Origin: an uncultured delta proteobacterium
GTDB taxonomy: Bacteria > Desulfobacterota > Desulfobacteria > Desulfobacterales > QNYZ01
NCBI GenBank assembly: GCA_963845145.1
Contig: CAWJQU010000005.1
Location: forward strand, 512,001 to 576,000
DNA length: 64,000 nt
Direction: 5' to 3'
Under the pieces are notes generated by a model that was not told where the DNA came from, made no database searches, and was given only the letters and a program-made list of their open reading frames with translations. Both the position numbers and the translations under genes were made by a program. This document shows, in pieces, positions 1-10,092 of this stretch. The stretch's first letter is position 1. Each line of letters begins with the position of its first letter.

Positions 1-260
1 AAGACGGTTCCATGGGCGTGGTGTTTAAGGATGATACCCGTATTTCCTTAGGACCGAGCAGCAAAATGACGATAACACAATTTGTCTACTCTCCGGCCCA
101 GCAAAAATTTGGATTTATAACCCAGATGATCAAAGGAACAGCTTCTTATGTGTCTGGTGCGATCGGAAAATCATCTCCGGAAGCCGTCAAATTCCAGACA
201 CCGGTGGCGACAATCGGGATTCGAGGAACCACGTTTCTAGCCCGAGTGGATCCAGAGTAG
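1..260 (+). CDS. FecR-domain protein, 3' part (begins before the window)
   Basis: Segments 'FKDDTRISLGPSS' and 'FQTPVATIGIRGTTF' resemble the FecR domain. Confidence 0.8.
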   Translation, partial: DGSMGVVFKDDTRISLGPSSKMTITQFVYSPAQQKFGFITQMIKGTASYVSGAIGKSSPEAVKFQTPVATIGIRGTTFLARVDPE

Positions 261-328
261 GGTTACCGCTTTTGGCCCGGAGCGACAAAGGGCCCTTTTC
301 ATTCGATCATAACCCAAGGAAAAATTTA

Positions 329-943
329 ATGAATTTGACGAAATGGATATCTGTTTCCATCCTGGCCTGCGGGCTGTTTTTCTTCTCTGCTTGTGGCGGC
401 CCGAAAAACCTGTTCGTATTGATGCCGGATGCCGAAGATGGGACCGTTGGAAGCATCACGGTTACCAATGAAGCCGGTAAACAGATAATCACGTCCCCCG
501 ATACAGTCGTCAAAGTCAAAGATGCTCAAACCTCACCCACCCCTCCGGAACCTATGGCGGAAGAAGGTATAAATAAAATTTTTAAGAAGGCACTGGCCGC
601 CACGCCACGCCCGCCTGCACAATTTATGCTGCAATTTCAAACCGGCACCTCCTCGCTTACCGAGAAATCCCAAGATCAGTTGAGTCAAATTATTATTGCC
701 GTCATTGATCGGCAGCCCTGCGATGTCTCTATCATCGGGCATACGGATACCCGCGGTACGGCTCAGAAAAATGTCGAACTCGGCCTACAGCGAGCGAATA
801 CCGTCAAACAAATTCTTATCGATCAGGGTGTGGATGCACGACAGATTGAAGCGACCTCCCATGGTGAGACAAGCTTAATCATCCAGACAGCGGATGATGT
901 CGATGAACCCCAAAATCGACGCGTAGAGGTTTTGGTCAGATAA
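329..943 (+). CDS. OmpA-family peptidoglycan-binding lipoprotein
   Basis: Lipobox-like FSAC; C-terminal OmpA motifs GHTDTRG and QNRRVEV. ATG at 329 is preferred over TTG at 272. Confidence 0.85.
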   Translation: MNLTKWISVSILACGLFFFSACGGPKNLFVLMPDAEDGTVGSITVTNEAGKQIITSPDTVVKVKDAQTSPTPPEPMAEEGINKIFKKALAATPRPPAQFMLQFQTGTSSLTEKSQDQLSQIIIAVIDRQPCDVSIIGHTDTRGTAQKNVELGLQRANTVKQILIDQGVDARQIEATSHGETSLIIQTADDVDEPQNRRVEVLVR

Positions 944-1306
944 CCCTGTCTTCTCGTCGTGACGGCCACCACCCAAAAACGGTTGAAGCCTTCACAAAAA
1001 AATTTGGTTTCTGCGTGAAGGGACCCATCGAAAACCCGGTTTTTATACGAAAACCGACCAAATATTAGCCTTGACCCCGATTGAGCAATTTCGTTCAATT
1101 GGGGTTTGTGGTATATAGTGCCTAAAATGAGTGTTTATTTTCCTATTTGGGCCGATCAATATATGATAAAAGGATCGTTATTGGTGTATAACCCGCGTCG
1201 GTTAAATTTTTGTTTTTAAGTTAGCCAAGCATCGTACTTGGTTATTAAGATGAGGATGCGGAGTAAACCGTTTTAAATGATTGGTTTGTCTTGGGAGCCA
1301 TAAATT

Positions 1307-3361
1307 TTGAATCTGACATCCCGTAATGACGGGAGTAGGAAAAACCGTTTTTCAATCGGCACCGGTTCCGGCCGCAGGCCGGTTCTCATCTGCGGCTTGA
1401 TTATCGCCATGCTGCTGAACGTCTATTTCTTCTTTCAGCCCGGTCTTTTGAATTGGGCCAATAGCCGTATTTACGATACCCTGCTGGTATCGATCCCCCA
1501 CACAGCACCCTCAACGCTCCCGGTGATTGTCGATATCGATGATGAAAGTCTCAAACAATTCGGACAATGGCCTTGGCCGCGCTACAAGGTTGCCCGGCTA
1601 TTGGAAAAGATCCAGGCTCTCGGCGCACGCAGTATTGCTCTTGACATGACCTTTCCTGAACCGGATCGAACCTCTCTGGAACATCTTCAAAACCAGATCG
1701 AAAACGATTTTAACATCCGTTTGGATATGTCGGCTGTTAGCGAAAATTTAAAAGATAATGATACATTATTAGCCGAAACCTTATCCAAGGGACCGTTTAT
1801 ACTTGGATATAAATTTAATTTTGATTCCAAATCGCCACATACGACCGATTGCCGGCTTCATCCCGCGCCGGTTTTTGTTATCCGGCCGGAAGGCGTAACT
1901 GATGATCAGACGCCCCTGCATGCGGCCCGGGGCGTCTTGTGTAATATTAATCCCCTTGCCCAAGCGGTCACCCATTCCGGTTTTATCAATGCCACCCCCG
2001 ACCGGGACGGCACCCTGCGACGGGTACCGCTTTTAATCGTTCACAAGGACAAAATCTACCCAAGTCTCGCCCTCGCTGCGATATTAAAAGCCTTTGGTTC
2101 AGAACAAATCCTGCTTCGAGCGAGTATCTATGGTGGCCAATCGATCATTTTTGATAACCATGTCATCCCTTTGGACGAAAAAGGCAACCTGTTGATCCGG
2201 TTTCGAGGCCCGGAAAACACCTTTTTGCATATCTCGGCAGCAAAGATATTGGCCGGTCAGCCGTTGAAAAAAGAGATCACCGATCGGATTGTTTTTATCG
2301 GCACCTCAGCAACCGGTCTGAGAGATTTTCATGCCACACCATTTGATCCGTTATATCCTGGCGTGGAAGCCCACGCCGCCATCGTGGATAATATTATCCA
2401 GGGCGATTTTGTTTCCCGCCCCCAATGGCTGCGTGGGGTTGAACTCATTTTAGGATGTATCGTCGGTATCCTTTCCGCGATGCTGCTGGCTTACGGGCGG
2501 GCGGTATGGAGCATCTCGGCGTTTATAATCAGTACCCTTTTACTATGGGGCGGATCCGGCCTGTTGCTAAGCAGTCGGGGCCTATTTATCTCGCCCTTTA
2601 TTCCGCTATCCATTTTTGCGGTTAATTTTTCCTTTTTATCGGCAGTCAAATTCTGGTGGGCAGAGTGGGTTGGGAAGAAGCGGGCCCAAGAGTTGGCGAT
2701 GGTACAGGCCGTAACATTAGAAACCCTTGCGATGGTCATCGAAACACGGCACACGGAAACCGGCGGGCATGTCAAGCGCACCCAGTATTACGTGAAACAC
2801 TTAGCCGAATATTTACAAAATGATAAAAAATACCGCCCTATGCTTGATGACGAGACCATCGAGCTGCTTTTTCGTTCATCGCCGCTACATGATGTCGGCA
2901 AGGTCGGTGTCCCCGACACGATTTTAAAAAATCCCGGCAAATTAACCAAAGAAGAATTTGAGGTGATGAAAAACCATACCGTGTACGGCAAGCAGATATT
3001 TGATGAGGCCGAAACCAAATTAGGCCAAAACTCTTTTTTATCCATTGCCCGTACCATCGCCTATTCCCATCACGAGAAATGGGATGGATCCGGCTATCCG
3101 CGTGGCCTGAAGGGAGAATCGATCCCCTTGTATGGCCGTATTATGGCAATTGCCGATATTTACGATGCCCTGATCAGCGAACGTTTATACAAAGCGGCGA
3201 TGCCGCACAAAGATGCCGTGGCCTATATCGAGGAAAGGAGTGGCATTGAATTGGATCCGGCGGTTGTCAATGCGTTTATCAACCGGAAAACTGCATTCAG
3301 GCAAGTAGCGGCCAGATTCAGTGATGGCGCGGGAGGCGATATGAATTTGATTAACCCTTGA
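1307..3361 (+). CDS. CHASE2 sensor + 3 TM + HD-GYP phosphodiesterase
   Basis: CHASE2 motifs (IVDIDDESL, GQWPWPR, DGTLRRVPL, PGVEAHA); HDVGK and HHEKWDGSGYP. Confidence 0.9.
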   Translation: MNLTSRNDGSRKNRFSIGTGSGRRPVLICGLIIAMLLNVYFFFQPGLLNWANSRIYDTLLVSIPHTAPSTLPVIVDIDDESLKQFGQWPWPRYKVARLLEKIQALGARSIALDMTFPEPDRTSLEHLQNQIENDFNIRLDMSAVSENLKDNDTLLAETLSKGPFILGYKFNFDSKSPHTTDCRLHPAPVFVIRPEGVTDDQTPLHAARGVLCNINPLAQAVTHSGFINATPDRDGTLRRVPLLIVHKDKIYPSLALAAILKAFGSEQILLRASIYGGQSIIFDNHVIPLDEKGNLLIRFRGPENTFLHISAAKILAGQPLKKEITDRIVFIGTSATGLRDFHATPFDPLYPGVEAHAAIVDNIIQGDFVSRPQWLRGVELILGCIVGILSAMLLAYGRAVWSISAFIISTLLLWGGSGLLLSSRGLFISPFIPLSIFAVNFSFLSAVKFWWAEWVGKKRAQELAMVQAVTLETLAMVIETRHTETGGHVKRTQYYVKHLAEYLQNDKKYRPMLDDETIELLFRSSPLHDVGKVGVPDTILKNPGKLTKEEFEVMKNHTVYGKQIFDEAETKLGQNSFLSIARTIAYSHHEKWDGSGYPRGLKGESIPLYGRIMAIADIYDALISERLYKAAMPHKDAVAYIEERSGIELDPAVVNAFINRKTAFRQVAARFSDGAGGDMNLINP

Positions 3362-3434
3362 CGGTCGGTATTACACCGGATATCCATGTTCCCTTGGTCT
3401 CCTTTTTCTGTGAACACCTCATTCAATCAGGAAT

Positions 3435-4058
3435 ATGTGGATGAAACAGCTCTCGACGGCACTACCTCTAATTGGATTTTTGATTCTCGCTGCATGTTCA
3501 GCCCCACCACGCAACTACTTCGTTTTGATCCCCGATCCCGAAGGAAAAGTAGGGGAAATCAGTATCGAAAATGACGCGGGGAAGCAAATAGTTACGACGG
3601 CAGGAGCAGTGGTTGCAGTAAAAAGTAAACAAGCGTTACCTCAGCACCGAAAACCACTGGCGACGAAAGAAATTCAGGCTAATTTTGATGAGGCCATAAA
3701 GGCCATCCCCGCTCTGTCCACGCGATATATTCTCTTTTTTAAATTTGGGATAGCCCAGCTTACCGAACAATCAAAACGCTATTTCAACGCGATTGACGAT
3801 CAAATCGTTCAAGTTGTTAAAGAGCGAACCCCTTGTGATATACGCATTGTCGGCCATACCGACACCCGCGGGTCGGATGCGCTAAATTTGAAGCTCGGTC
3901 TGACGCGGGCGCGGAGGGTCTTTCAAAAAATGCGTAAAATAGGGATATCTCCCGATCAAATGGAGGTGGTCTCGCACAGCGAAAAAAACCTTCACGTTCC
4001 GACACCCGACAATACGGCTGAGGCCAAAAACCGGCGGGTTGAGATTCTGATTCATTAA
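3435..4058 (+). CDS. OmpA-family lipoprotein, paralog of 329..943
   Basis: Lipobox LAAC; shared 'FVLIPDPEGKVGEISIENDAGKQ' N-domain; GHTDTRG and KNRRVEI. Confidence 0.85.
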   Translation: MWMKQLSTALPLIGFLILAACSAPPRNYFVLIPDPEGKVGEISIENDAGKQIVTTAGAVVAVKSKQALPQHRKPLATKEIQANFDEAIKAIPALSTRYILFFKFGIAQLTEQSKRYFNAIDDQIVQVVKERTPCDIRIVGHTDTRGSDALNLKLGLTRARRVFQKMRKIGISPDQMEVVSHSEKNLHVPTPDNTAEAKNRRVEILIH

Positions 4059-4175
4059 AAACATATGTGCAGGACTATAGATAAAAGTCACTCAAGGCGG
4101 GGAATGCGTCTCAACCTTACCGGCTTGTAAAAGAAACAATAATTTATATCGTGGCGTTGTTAACTTTTAGAGCGT

Positions 4176-5534
4176 TTATTTGATGCCGTATTTTTTCATT
4201 TTCCGCCAAAGCGTCGATTTATTAATTTTTAGGTACGCTGCGGTTTTCCCGCGATGACCTTGATGCTGGTTCAATCCTGCGGTAATGACATCTTTTTCGG
4301 CCCGGTCAAATTGGGGACGAGCAGCACGGTGCTCTCCCACAATATTTGGGGTGACCCCATCTTGAATTTCCCCGGAGAGGTGCTCGGCTTTGATCTCCTC
4401 ACCATGGCATAGCACAAAGGCAAATTCGATAATATTTTCCAGCTCACGAATATTTCCGGGATAACGATAGTGCATTAGAATATTTAGGGCATGAGCGGAT
4501 ATCCTTTTGATTTCCTTGCCCTTGAGTGCATTGAATTTCTGAATAAAATGTTGAATCAGTATTGGAATGTCCTCACGCCGCTTGGAAAGGGGTGGCAGTT
4601 CGATTCTTACGACATTCAGGCGATAGAACAGGTCTTCCCGAAAAGCGCCCCGTGAAACGAGTTCAAACAATTTTCGGTTGGTCGAAGTGATGATGCGAGC
4701 ATCTGTTTTCAATGTCGCCGTTGCGCCTAAAGGTTCATATTCTTTTTCCTGTAGAACCCTCAGTAGTTTGACTTGGAGAGCCGTCGAGATATCACCTATT
4801 TCATCAAGAAACAGCGTTCCGCCCGCTGCACGTGTGAAGCGCCCTGGCTTGTCATTCTTGGCCTCACTAAAGGCTCCTTTTTTGTAGCCGAATAATTCAG
4901 ACTCTAATAGCGTATCCGGCAGTGCGGCACAGTTAACTGCCACGAAATCGCCCGATTGTCCGCTCATGTTATGGATTGCGCGAGCAAAGAGCTCTTTCCC
5001 GGACCCACTCGGCCCCTCGATGAGGATGGTGCTTCCGCTCGCGGCAATGTCGGGTAGGATGTCGAAAATTTTTTGGATTGTATGGTTCTTGCTGATGATG
5101 TCTTGAAACTGGTACTGGTTGTTAATCTTTTTGCGCAAGGTCTCCACAGCGGTAAGATCTCTGAAAATCTCCACCCCACCGATAGCATTCCCTTCCCGAT
5201 CCATCAGCATGGAGGTGCTGATACTAACAGATATATGTTCTCCCTGGCTGTTTAAGATGTTGACGGGGATGTTGATCCCCTGTTCCCCCGTTTGCATGGC
5301 TTTGTTAAGCGCACATGTTGTCTGACATATGTTGGCCCGAAAGACGTCAAAGCATTTCTGGCCGATGGCCTGACGTCTAGATACCCCTGTGATTTTTTCG
5401 GCAGCACGGTTAAAATACCTGATGTTGAAGTCAAGGTCGACAGTGAAGACACCGTCGGCGATCGAATCCAGGATCGTTTCAAAATGGGTATGGTGTTGTC
5501 TGTCACTGTTACTTATGCGTTTTTTTCGGTCCAA
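4176..5534 (-). CDS. Sigma-54 enhancer-binding protein with Cys-rich PAS domain (OrpR-like)
   Basis: PAS with CFDVFRANICQTTC; AAA+ motifs GPSGSGKE, ESELFG..KGAFSEA and FLDEIGD; C-terminal HTH. Start placed at TTG 5534 after GGAGGG. Confidence 0.88.
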   Translation of the reverse strand: MDRKKRISNSDRQHHTHFETILDSIADGVFTVDLDFNIRYFNRAAEKITGVSRRQAIGQKCFDVFRANICQTTCALNKAMQTGEQGINIPVNILNSQGEHISVSISTSMLMDREGNAIGGVEIFRDLTAVETLRKKINNQYQFQDIISKNHTIQKIFDILPDIAASGSTILIEGPSGSGKELFARAIHNMSGQSGDFVAVNCAALPDTLLESELFGYKKGAFSEAKNDKPGRFTRAAGGTLFLDEIGDISTALQVKLLRVLQEKEYEPLGATATLKTDARIITSTNRKLFELVSRGAFREDLFYRLNVVRIELPPLSKRREDIPILIQHFIQKFNALKGKEIKRISAHALNILMHYRYPGNIRELENIIEFAFVLCHGEEIKAEHLSGEIQDGVTPNIVGEHRAARPQFDRAEKDVITAGLNQHQGHRGKTAAYLKINKSTLWRKMKKYGIK

Positions 5535-5577
5535 TCCGTTTTCCCTCCGCGTAGCATTGCCATGAATGCCGGAGCAT

Positions 5578-5624
5578 ATTGCATTTATGCAATGCAATGC
5601 AACGATAAATTGCAATAATGCACC
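5578..5624. promoter_or_regulatory. Two candidate upstream activator sites for the OrpR-like regulator
   Basis: Perfect 6-4-6 palindrome ATTGCA-TTTA-TGCAAT (5578-5593) and a related copy ATTGCAATAATGCACC (5609-5624), 31 bp apart and upstream of a -24/-12 promoter. Confidence 0.6.
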
Positions 5625-5711
5625 TACACCCTATTTTACCGTAATACCAAAATATTTCTAACATATTAATATATCTATATATATCGATTTTTTGAGCCAT
5701 AATTATTAACA

Positions 5712-5727
5712 TGGCACGCGCTATGCT
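5712..5727 (+). promoter_or_regulatory. Sigma-54 (-24/-12) promoter of the orp-type operon
   Basis: TGGCACGCGCTATGCT fits GG-N10-GC and lies next to a sigma-54 activator gene. Confidence 0.8.
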
Positions 5728-5793
5728 ATCCCTATTCATAAAGTCAGCTTTGGATAGAGCGTAATGAATCCGGACAGGCTGCGGGCAAGCAAA

Positions 5794-6207
5794 ATGAAAA
5801 TCGCTATTCCAGTGTTTCATACTAAAGTTTCTCCCCGTTTTGACGAAACCCAAGGGTTTGTTTTGCTGGAAACGGAAAAGGCCCATGTTATTGCCAAGGA
5901 GAAATTGGTGACCAAAGGGTGGTCGGCCATTGCCAAGATGAAACAGCTCGTGGACGTGGGGATCGATACACTGATTTGCGGAGCAATTGATCGCGCTTCA
6001 CTGCAATTTCTGAGCGCTAACGGCATCAGCATATATTCCTGGGTGACGGGTGAGGTCGATGATGCCGTTGTCTGTTTTTTGGAAAAAAGGATGACGTCCG
6101 GTATTATTTTGGGCGAACAGGGACGTATGAAGGGACAATGGCAGTTCTGTAAAGGCCGGAATCATCTGTGCCATCGGTTTCAAAAAGTTTCAAACAGATT
6201 TTTATAA
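5794..6207 (+). CDS. NifB/NifX-family (IssA/MTH1175-like) protein
   Basis: MKIAIPVF..KVSPRFD and DTLICGAI motifs. Confidence 0.8.
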   Translation: MKIAIPVFHTKVSPRFDETQGFVLLETEKAHVIAKEKLVTKGWSAIAKMKQLVDVGIDTLICGAIDRASLQFLSANGISIYSWVTGEVDDAVVCFLEKRMTSGIILGEQGRMKGQWQFCKGRNHLCHRFQKVSNRFL

Positions 6208-6229
6208 AAACAAAAAGGGGGTGAAGACG

Positions 6230-6588
6230 ATGCCCAGAGGTGACGGAACAGGACCAAAAGGACAGGGACCGCGGTCAGGAAAAGCGCGTGACGGGTGCAA
6301 GGGAGAAAAAAGGGGCCCGGGCAGCGGCCATGGACAGGGGCAGGGGCAGGGGCAGGGATCCGGCAATAACAAGAATAGCAGCCAAAAAGGACGCCTGCGC
6401 GGTGATAAAGCATAGTTTTCTTTTGTGGGAAATATAACATACTGAGCCAGGCCCGATGGGCATTTGGCAACATTTCAGTAGAAGATGGATCACTCGAAAT
6501 CGACAGGCTCAAAAGAGAGGTCGATGCAATGAAAAATGCCCTTGAGGCGTTAAACCAGCAACTATCAGAATTGGAAAAAAGAGAATGA
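6230..6588 (+). pseudogene. DUF5320-like Gly-rich protein split over two frames
   Basis: MPRGDGTGPKGQGPRSG N-terminus stops at 6415. The expected coiled-coil tail (EIDRLKREVDAMKNALEALNQQLSELEKRE*) lies in another frame, 6409-6588. Confidence 0.6.
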
Positions 6589-6980
6589 TACACGTTTTGA
6601 TGGCATGCAGGAACCCGGCATCCATGCTCAATTTCCAAACCGCACTGGATGAAAAGGGTTCCCGGACTACCCGATTTAAACGGGGTAGCCAGGTGCTCTC
6701 TATTATATCTGAGGCACCATTCGATCTTCTGGTCGTTGATGAAATACTCGACGATATGAGCGGGCTTAAATTGATTGAGTTGGTCATCAAAAAACAACCC
6801 ATGCTCAACTGTGCTGCCGTAAGTTCACTTTCATCCGGCGATTTTCACAAAGCAAGTGAGGGCCTGGGGATTTTGATGCAGCTTCCTGCCGAGCCGGACA
6901 GGAAAGCGGCGCATCAACTGCTTAAACATCTAAATCAAATTCAGTCTATTACAACACCTTTGGCCCTTAGGGAGACATAA
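6585..6980 (+). CDS. Stand-alone atypical receiver-domain protein
   Basis: 'PFDLLVVDEILDDMSGLKLIE' receiver signature; ATGA overlap with the upstream frame. Confidence 0.7.
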   Translation: MIHVLMACRNPASMLNFQTALDEKGSRTTRFKRGSQVLSIISEAPFDLLVVDEILDDMSGLKLIELVIKKQPMLNCAAVSSLSSGDFHKASEGLGILMQLPAEPDRKAAHQLLKHLNQIQSITTPLALRET

Positions 6981-6984
6981 GATT

Positions 6985-7821
6985 ATGATCATCAGTGTTG
7001 CCAGCGGTAAAGGCGGGACAGGTAAAACAACCGTAGCGACCAACCTGGCGGTTACCCTGGGGCAGGGGGTCCATTTGCTGGATTGCGATGTTGAAGAGCC
7101 GAACGTCCATCTTTTTTTAAAGCCGAAAATTGATCAAAGAGAAACTGTTTTTGCTGCCGTTCCGGAAATCGATAAAGATAAATGCACCCTGTGCCGCAAA
7201 TGTTCCGACATCTGCCGGTTCAGGGCCATCGCCATTGCCGGTCAGAACATTCTTACTTTTCCGGAGTTGTGCCACAGTTGTGGCGGTTGCATGGTGGTAT
7301 GCCCTGAAGAGGCTATCACCGAAACCGGTCGCGAACTCGGAGTGATTGAAGCTGGCGCATCTGCAGCCGTCGGCTTTGTCCATGGCCGTCTTCGGATCGG
7401 TGAAGCCATGTCTCCGCCGCTGATAAGAAAGGTCAGGTCATTCATAAAGTCTGACAAAATAAATATCATCGATGCGCCTCCCGGCACGTCATGCCCGGTG
7501 ATCGCAGCCATGAAAGATACGGACTTTGTCTTAATGGTGACGGAGCCAACACCTTTTGGCCTGCATGATCTGAAGTTAGCCGTCGAAGCCGTTAAACTTC
7601 TGCATGTTCCCTTTGGTCTTGTCATCAACCGTTCCGACATTGGCAACGATGATGTCAGACAATATGCCGATATGGGAAATATACCAATCCTAATGGAGAT
7701 CCCTTTTGACCGCAGAATAGCAGAAGCCTATTCGCGGGGAAACCTGATAGTGGAAGCAATGCCCGAGTGGAAGAATCAATTCATCGCGCTGTACAGGAAA
7801 ATTGAAAACATCGTAACTTAG
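6985..7821 (+). CDS. MinD-like P-loop ATPase with inserted 2x[4Fe-4S] ferredoxin domain
   Basis: SGKGGTGKTT, DCDVEEPN, two CxxCxxC motifs and DAPPGTSC. Confidence 0.9.
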   Translation: MIISVASGKGGTGKTTVATNLAVTLGQGVHLLDCDVEEPNVHLFLKPKIDQRETVFAAVPEIDKDKCTLCRKCSDICRFRAIAIAGQNILTFPELCHSCGGCMVVCPEEAITETGRELGVIEAGASAAVGFVHGRLRIGEAMSPPLIRKVRSFIKSDKINIIDAPPGTSCPVIAAMKDTDFVLMVTEPTPFGLHDLKLAVEAVKLLHVPFGLVINRSDIGNDDVRQYADMGNIPILMEIPFDRRIAEAYSRGNLIVEAMPEWKNQFIALYRKIENIVT

Positions 7822-7883
7822 CCTGCGTATTTGAAACCTTCGATGGGTGCACGAGATTTGCGGGATAGAGAGGTAGGACGTTA

Positions 7884-8750
7884 ATGAAAGAACTGGTTGT
7901 TTTAAGCGGTAAGGGCGGAACCGGTAAGACAAGCCTGATGGCTGCCCTGGCTGCAATTGCGATAAACGGTGTTCTGTGTGATGCAGATGTGGATGCGGCG
8001 GATCTTCATCTGCTCATGGCCCCGAATGTGAAACAACGTACGGACTTTATGGGAGGTAATGTTGCCGTCATTGATTCTGAAAAATGTACCCTGTGCGGTC
8101 AATGTGTCGACCTTTGCCGGTTTGATGCCATCAGCGACTCGTTGATCGTCGACGAAATCGCCTGCGAAGGCTGCGGCGTCTGTGTCGATTTATGCCCGGA
8201 GCTCGCCATTGATTTTCCGGTAAAAAAATGTGGCGAGTGGTATATTTCCGACACCCGCTTCGGCACTATGGTGCATGCCAGGTTGGGAATTGCAGAAGAA
8301 AATTCCGGAAAGCTGGTCACGCTGGTTCGCCAAGAAGCAAGAAAGTTGGCCGAGGCAAACCATCTGGAGCTTATCCTAACGGATGGGCCTCCGGGAGTAG
8401 GATGTCCGGTAATCGCTTCGGTCGGCGGTGCCACGGCCGTGATCGTCGTGACCGAACCGACGGTTTCCGGCCTGCATGACATGCAGCGGGTGCTGGAGCT
8501 TGTGGAACATTTCAAAGTTCCATGCATGGTGTGTGTAAATAAATTTGATTTAAACCTCGAACAGACAACGGCAATTGAGAGGCTCGCGGAAGTAAGAAAG
8601 GTTCCCATCGTTGGAAAAGTACCCTTCGATCCTCATTTTACAAAGGCCATGGTCCAGGGAAAAACGATATTTGAGTATGATCAAGACAGCGACCTTAGCC
8701 GGACGATCACGCAATTGTGGGCGTCGATCAGAAAATATTTAGAAACCTAA
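7884..8750 (+). CDS. Second MinD-like ATPase with ferredoxin insert
   Basis: SGKGGTGKTS, DADVDAAD, CTLCGQC and CEGCGVC, DGPPGVGC. Confidence 0.9.
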   Translation: MKELVVLSGKGGTGKTSLMAALAAIAINGVLCDADVDAADLHLLMAPNVKQRTDFMGGNVAVIDSEKCTLCGQCVDLCRFDAISDSLIVDEIACEGCGVCVDLCPELAIDFPVKKCGEWYISDTRFGTMVHARLGIAEENSGKLVTLVRQEARKLAEANHLELILTDGPPGVGCPVIASVGGATAVIVVTEPTVSGLHDMQRVLELVEHFKVPCMVCVNKFDLNLEQTTAIERLAEVRKVPIVGKVPFDPHFTKAMVQGKTIFEYDQDSDLSRTITQLWASIRKYLET

Positions 8751-8779
8751 AAATAGAACCTAAAAGGAGAGTACACGCA

Positions 8780-9172
8780 ATGAAAAATGGTAGAATAGCG
8801 ATCCCATCGAATGGAGATGGCGGGCTGGATGGTGTTAGAGCAGGTCATTTTGGGCACTGTGACGTTTTTACTTTTATCGATGTGGAGGAGGGAGAAATAA
8901 AAGAAGTCAGCGTCCTTAAAAATGAGGCCCACGTACAGGGCGGGTGTATGGTACCGGTAAACCTATTAGCTAACAACAATGTGAACGCCCTGGTGGTGGG
9001 TGGTATCGGTATGCGTCCGCTGATGGGGTTCAGGCAGGTGGGTATCGACGTTTATCATGACCCGGAAAGGGCTGAAATAAGGCCGGTGGTGGAAGACCTG
9101 ATTGCCGGCAGATTGGCGGAGATCCAAAATGACCAAGTCTGTGGTGGGGGCGGGGGGCAAGTGAACCCATAA
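8780..9172 (+). CDS. NifB/NifX-family protein
   Basis: RIAIPS, GHFGHC and LVVGGIG motifs; RBS AAGGAG. Confidence 0.85.
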   Translation: MKNGRIAIPSNGDGGLDGVRAGHFGHCDVFTFIDVEEGEIKEVSVLKNEAHVQGGCMVPVNLLANNNVNALVVGGIGMRPLMGFRQVGIDVYHDPERAEIRPVVEDLIAGRLAEIQNDQVCGGGGGQVNP

Positions 9173-9187
9173 AAGGAGATTTTTCAA

Positions 9188-9547
9188 ATGAAAGTCGCGG
9201 TTACATCCAAGGGAAAGGATCTCGATTCATATGTCGATCCAAGATTCGGGCGTGCGGCATATATTCTGATAGTCGATATGAGCGATGAAACAGTGGCGGT
9301 GCTGGACAATTCAGAAAATGTGAACGCGTTCAAGGGGGCCGGCATTCAGGCTGCCGTTACAATAAGCGACGGGGGTGCGGATGTACTCCTGACCGGTTTC
9401 TGCGGGCCCAATGCCTTCAAGACCTTGACGACAGCTGGTGTAAAAGTGGTCAATGATGTTTCCGGTTCGGTGAGGGATGCGTTGGCCGCATTTAAAGATG
9501 GCAAGGTGTCATATGCCGACGACGCAAACGTTGAGGGGCACTGGTAA
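9188..9547 (+). CDS. Orange-protein-like NifB/NifX-family protein
   Basis: DPRFGRA, GAGIQAA and LLTGFCGPNAF match the Orange protein (ORP) pattern. Confidence 0.85.
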   Translation: MKVAVTSKGKDLDSYVDPRFGRAAYILIVDMSDETVAVLDNSENVNAFKGAGIQAAVTISDGGADVLLTGFCGPNAFKTLTTAGVKVVNDVSGSVRDALAAFKDGKVSYADDANVEGHW

Positions 9548-9578
9548 TAAGCCAGTGGGCTATTTACAGGAAGTATCG

Positions 9579-10007
9579 ATGAACAATACTAATTTTAATT
9601 TTTTTCGGGACCATTCCCGGCGCTTTCTAGAAATGGCCCTAAACACAGAGAGACAGGCGTCGATGGCAAATCCGGAGGGATACGGCAAGCGAACCGGGAC
9701 CTGCGGCGATACCGTGGAAATATTTTTAAAGATAAGTGGGAATATAATACAAACGATATCCTATCATGTCGACGGCTGTATCAATACCAATGCCTGCTGT
9801 AACGTCGTAGCCTATTTGACTGAAGGTGCCGATGTCAATGCAGCATGGGGAGTCACGGCCGAAAGGGTGATGGATTACCTGGAGACACTACCTCGGGATC
9901 ACGCACACTGCGCAGAGCTGGCGGTAGGCGCTTTATACCTGGCACTTTCCAGATATCAGGATCTCAGCCGAAATCCATGGAAAAAAGGATACCAGAGAAA
10001 CTCGTGA
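9579..10007 (+). CDS. NifU/IscU N-terminal-like Fe-S scaffold protein
   Basis: GTCGDT, DGC..TNAC and HAHCA Cys pattern. Confidence 0.82.
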   Translation: MNNTNFNFFRDHSRRFLEMALNTERQASMANPEGYGKRTGTCGDTVEIFLKISGNIIQTISYHVDGCINTNACCNVVAYLTEGADVNAAWGVTAERVMDYLETLPRDHAHCAELAVGALYLALSRYQDLSRNPWKKGYQRNS

Positions 10008-10092
10008 TCTTTGCTTCTTATAAATTAACCACGGATAGAAAATAATATTTCTTATCGATGAAAAGTCACAGGATTCAATTAAAGGAGGGATC

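Noticed and set aside
5535..5615. N-terminal extension of the sigma-54 regulator in the ORF track
   Set aside because: It overlaps the palindromic operator region; a TTG with a good RBS lies at 5534.
5794..10007. Nitrogen-fixation cluster
   Set aside because: Only NifB/NifX-like and NifU-like accessory domains are present. There is no nifH, nifD or nifK, and the context fits an orp-type cluster.
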